Of a DNA stretch of 64,000 nt, positions 61,501 through 64,000 are shown piece by piece. The position numbers and the translations under genes are program-made. The stretch's first letter is position 1. Every line of letters starts with the position of its first letter. The notes below the pieces were generated by a model that made no database searches, was not told the origin of the DNA, and was given only the letters and a program-made list of their open reading frames with translations. The stretch is from Nemertoderma westbladi (Eukaryota > Animalia > Xenacoelomorpha), in NCBI GenBank assembly GCA_032718475.1, contig JAUCBJ010003419.1, positions 1 to 64,000 on the forward strand, read 5' to 3'.

Positions 61501-64000
61501 CAGGAGAGTAACTTGTGGTTCAGGCAGGAGAGTAACTTGTAGCTCGGACAGGAGAGTAACTTGTGGTTCAGGAAGGAGAGTAACTTGTGGTTTGAGCAGG
61601 AGCGTAACATGTGGTTCGGGCAGGAGAGTAACTTGTAGCTCAGGCAGGAGAGTAACTTGTAGCTCAGGCAGGAGAGTAACTTGTAGCTCAGGCAGGAGAG
61701 TAACTTGGGGTTCAGGCAGGAGAGTAACTTGTGGTTCAGGCAGGAGAGTAACTTGGGGTTCAGGCAGGAGAGAAACTTGTGGTTTGGGCAGGAGAGTAAC
61801 TTGTGGTTCGGGCAGGAGAGTAACTTGTGGTTCGTGCACGAGAGTAACTTGTAGCTCAGGCAGGAGAGTAACTTGCGGTTCGGGCAGGAGAGTAACTTGT
61901 GGTTCGGGCAGGAGAGTAACTTGTGGTTCAGGCAGGAGAGTAACTTGTAGCTCAGACAGGAGAGTAACTTGTAGCTCAGGCAGGAGAATAACTTGTAGCT
62001 CAGGCAGGAGAGAAACTTGCGGTTCGGGCAGAAGAGTAACTTGTAGACCAGGCAGGAGAGTAACTTGGGGTTCAGGCAGGAGAGTAACTTGTAGACCAGG
62101 CAGGGGAGTAACTTGGGGTTCGGGCAGGAGAGTAACTTGTGGTTCGGGCAGGAGAGTAACTTGTAGCTCAGGCAGGAGAGTAAGTTGGGGTTCGGGCAGG
62201 AGAGTAACTTGTAGACCAGGCAGGAGAGTAACTCGGGGTTAGGGCAGGAGAGTAACTTGTAGCTCAGGCAGGAGAGTAACTCGGGGTTCGGGCAGGAGAG
62301 TAACTTGGGGTTCGGGCAGGAGAGTAACTTGTAGACCAGGCAGGAGAGTAACTTGGGGTTCAGGCATGAGAGTAACTCAGGGTTTGGGCAGGAGAGTAAC
62401 TTGGGGTTCGGGCAGGAGAGTAACTTGTGGTTCAGGCAGGAGAGTAACTTGTGGTTCATGCACGAGAGTAACTTGGGGTTCAGGCAGGAGAGTAACTTGT
62501 GGTTCGGGCAGGAGAGTAACTTGTGGTTCGTGCAGGAGAGTAACTTGTAGCTCAGGCAAGAGAGTAACTCGGGGTTCAGGCAGGAGAGTAACTTTTAGAC
62601 CAGGCAGGAGAGTAACTTGGGGTTCGGGCAGGAGAGTAACTTGTGGTTCGGGCAGGAGTGTAATTTGTGGTTCGTGCAGGAGAGTAACTTGGGGTTCAGA
62701 CAGGATAGTAACTTGTGGTTCATGCACAAGAGTAACTTGGGGTTCAGGCAGGAGAGTAACTTGTGGTTCAGACAGGAGAGTAACTTGTGGTTCGGGCAGG
62801 AGAGTAACTTGTGGTTCGGGCAGGAGAGTAACTTGTGGTTCGTGCAGGAGAGTAACTTGTAGCTCAGGCAAGAGAGTAACTCGGGGTTCAGGCAGGAGAG
62901 TAACTTTTAGACCAGGCAGGAGAGTAACTTGGGGTTCGGGCAGGAGAGTAACTTGTGGTTCGGGCAGGAGTGTAATTTGTGGTTCGTGCAGGAGAGTAAC
63001 TTGGGGTTCAGACAGGATAGTAACTTGTGGTTCATGCACAAGAGTAACTTGGGGTTCAGGCAGGAGAGTAACTTGTGGTTCAGACAAGAGAGTAACTTGT
63101 GGTTCGGGCAGGAGAGTAACTTGTGGTTCGGGCAGGAGAGTAACTTGTGGTTCATGCAGGAGAGTAACTTGTAGAACAGGCAGGAGAGTAACTTGGGGTT
63201 CGGGCATGAGAGTAACTTGTGGTTTGGACAGGAGAGTAACTTGTAGCTCAGGCAGGAGAGTAACTTGGGGTTCTGGCAGGAGAGTAACTTGTAGCTTGTG
63301 AAGGAGAGTAACTTGTAGCTCAGGCAGGAGAGTAACGTGTAGCTCAGGCAGGAGAGTAACTTGTGGTTCATGCAGGATAGTAACTTGGGCTTCGGGCAGG
63401 AGAGTAACTTGTAGCTCAGGCAGGAGAGTAACTTGGGATTCGGGCAGGAGAGTAACTTGTAGGTCAGGAAGGAGAGTAAGTTGGGGTTCAGGCAGGATAG
63501 TAACTCAGGGTTCGGGCAGGAGAGTAACTTTGGGTTTGGGCAGGAGAGTAACTTGTAGACCAGGCAGGAGAGTAACTTGGGGTTCAGGCAGGAGAGTAAC
63601 TCAGGGTTCGGGCAGGAGAGTAACTTGGGGTTCGGGCAGGAGAGTAACTTGTGGTTCAGGCAGGAGAGTAACTTGTGGTTCATGCACGAGAGTAACTTAG
63701 GGTTCAGGCAGGAGAGTAACTTGTGGTTCAGACAGGAGAGTAACTTGTGGTTCGGGCAGGAGAGTAACTTGTGGTTCGGGCAGGAGAGTAACTTATGGTT
63801 CGTGCAGGAGAGTAACTTGTAGCTCAGGCAAGAGAGTAACTCGGGCTTCGGGCAGGAGAGTAACTTGTAGACCAGGCAGGATAGTAACTTGTGGTTCGGG
63901 CAGGAGAGTAATTTGTGGTTCGTGCAGGAGAGTAACTTGGGGTTCAGGCAGGATAGTAACTTGTGGTTTGGGCAGGAGAGTAACTTGTAGCTCAGGCAGG
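52585..64000. repeat. 24-bp tandem array, about 475 units, runs off the window; higher-order repeats
   Basis: Near-constant CAGGAGAGTAACTTG plus variable 9-mer (TGGTTCGGG, TAGCTCAGG, GGGTTCGGG, TAGACCAGG...); block duplications at offsets 312, 648, 2592, 6768 bp. Confidence 0.98.

Noticed and set aside
52513-63822. Long ORFs (KLLSC)n, (GRRVTC)n and (QESNL)n
   Set aside because: By-products of a stop-poor 24-bp unit read in several frames; only the PEPQVTLL frame shows any coding-like signal
52585-64000. CRISPR-like constant-plus-variable pattern
   Set aside because: Variable parts are only about 9 bp, drawn from a few related variants and reused; no unique spacers or cas genes; eukaryotic context

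Overview
AT-rich, repeat-dense eukaryotic (invertebrate animal-like) genomic DNA, not prokaryotic. Recognisable genes: Inturned (INTU; CDS intronless, minus), a two-exon vWA + alpha-kinase (VwkA-like, minus), the 3' exons of an EGFR/ErbB-type receptor kinase with no kinase-core exons seen upstream (minus), an unannotated 59-aa secreted 8-cysteine peptide (plus), an intronless CMPK2-like kinase (plus), a frameshifted DOCK-family fragment, and DNAI3/WDR63 (minus), whose single coding intron appears to start GG rather than GT. Intergenic and intronic DNA holds many nested non-autonomous transposons (Harbinger-, hAT-, piggyBac-, Kolobok-, MULE- and Tc1/mariner-like), a Helitron with a 146-bp internal array, SINE/tRNA-derived pieces, piggyBac and Gypsy relics, and a Penelope-type minimal hammerhead motif. 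The last 11.4 kb is a 24-bp tandem array with higher-order structure and codon-like variation. All family assignments come from motif recognition by eye; no searches were run.
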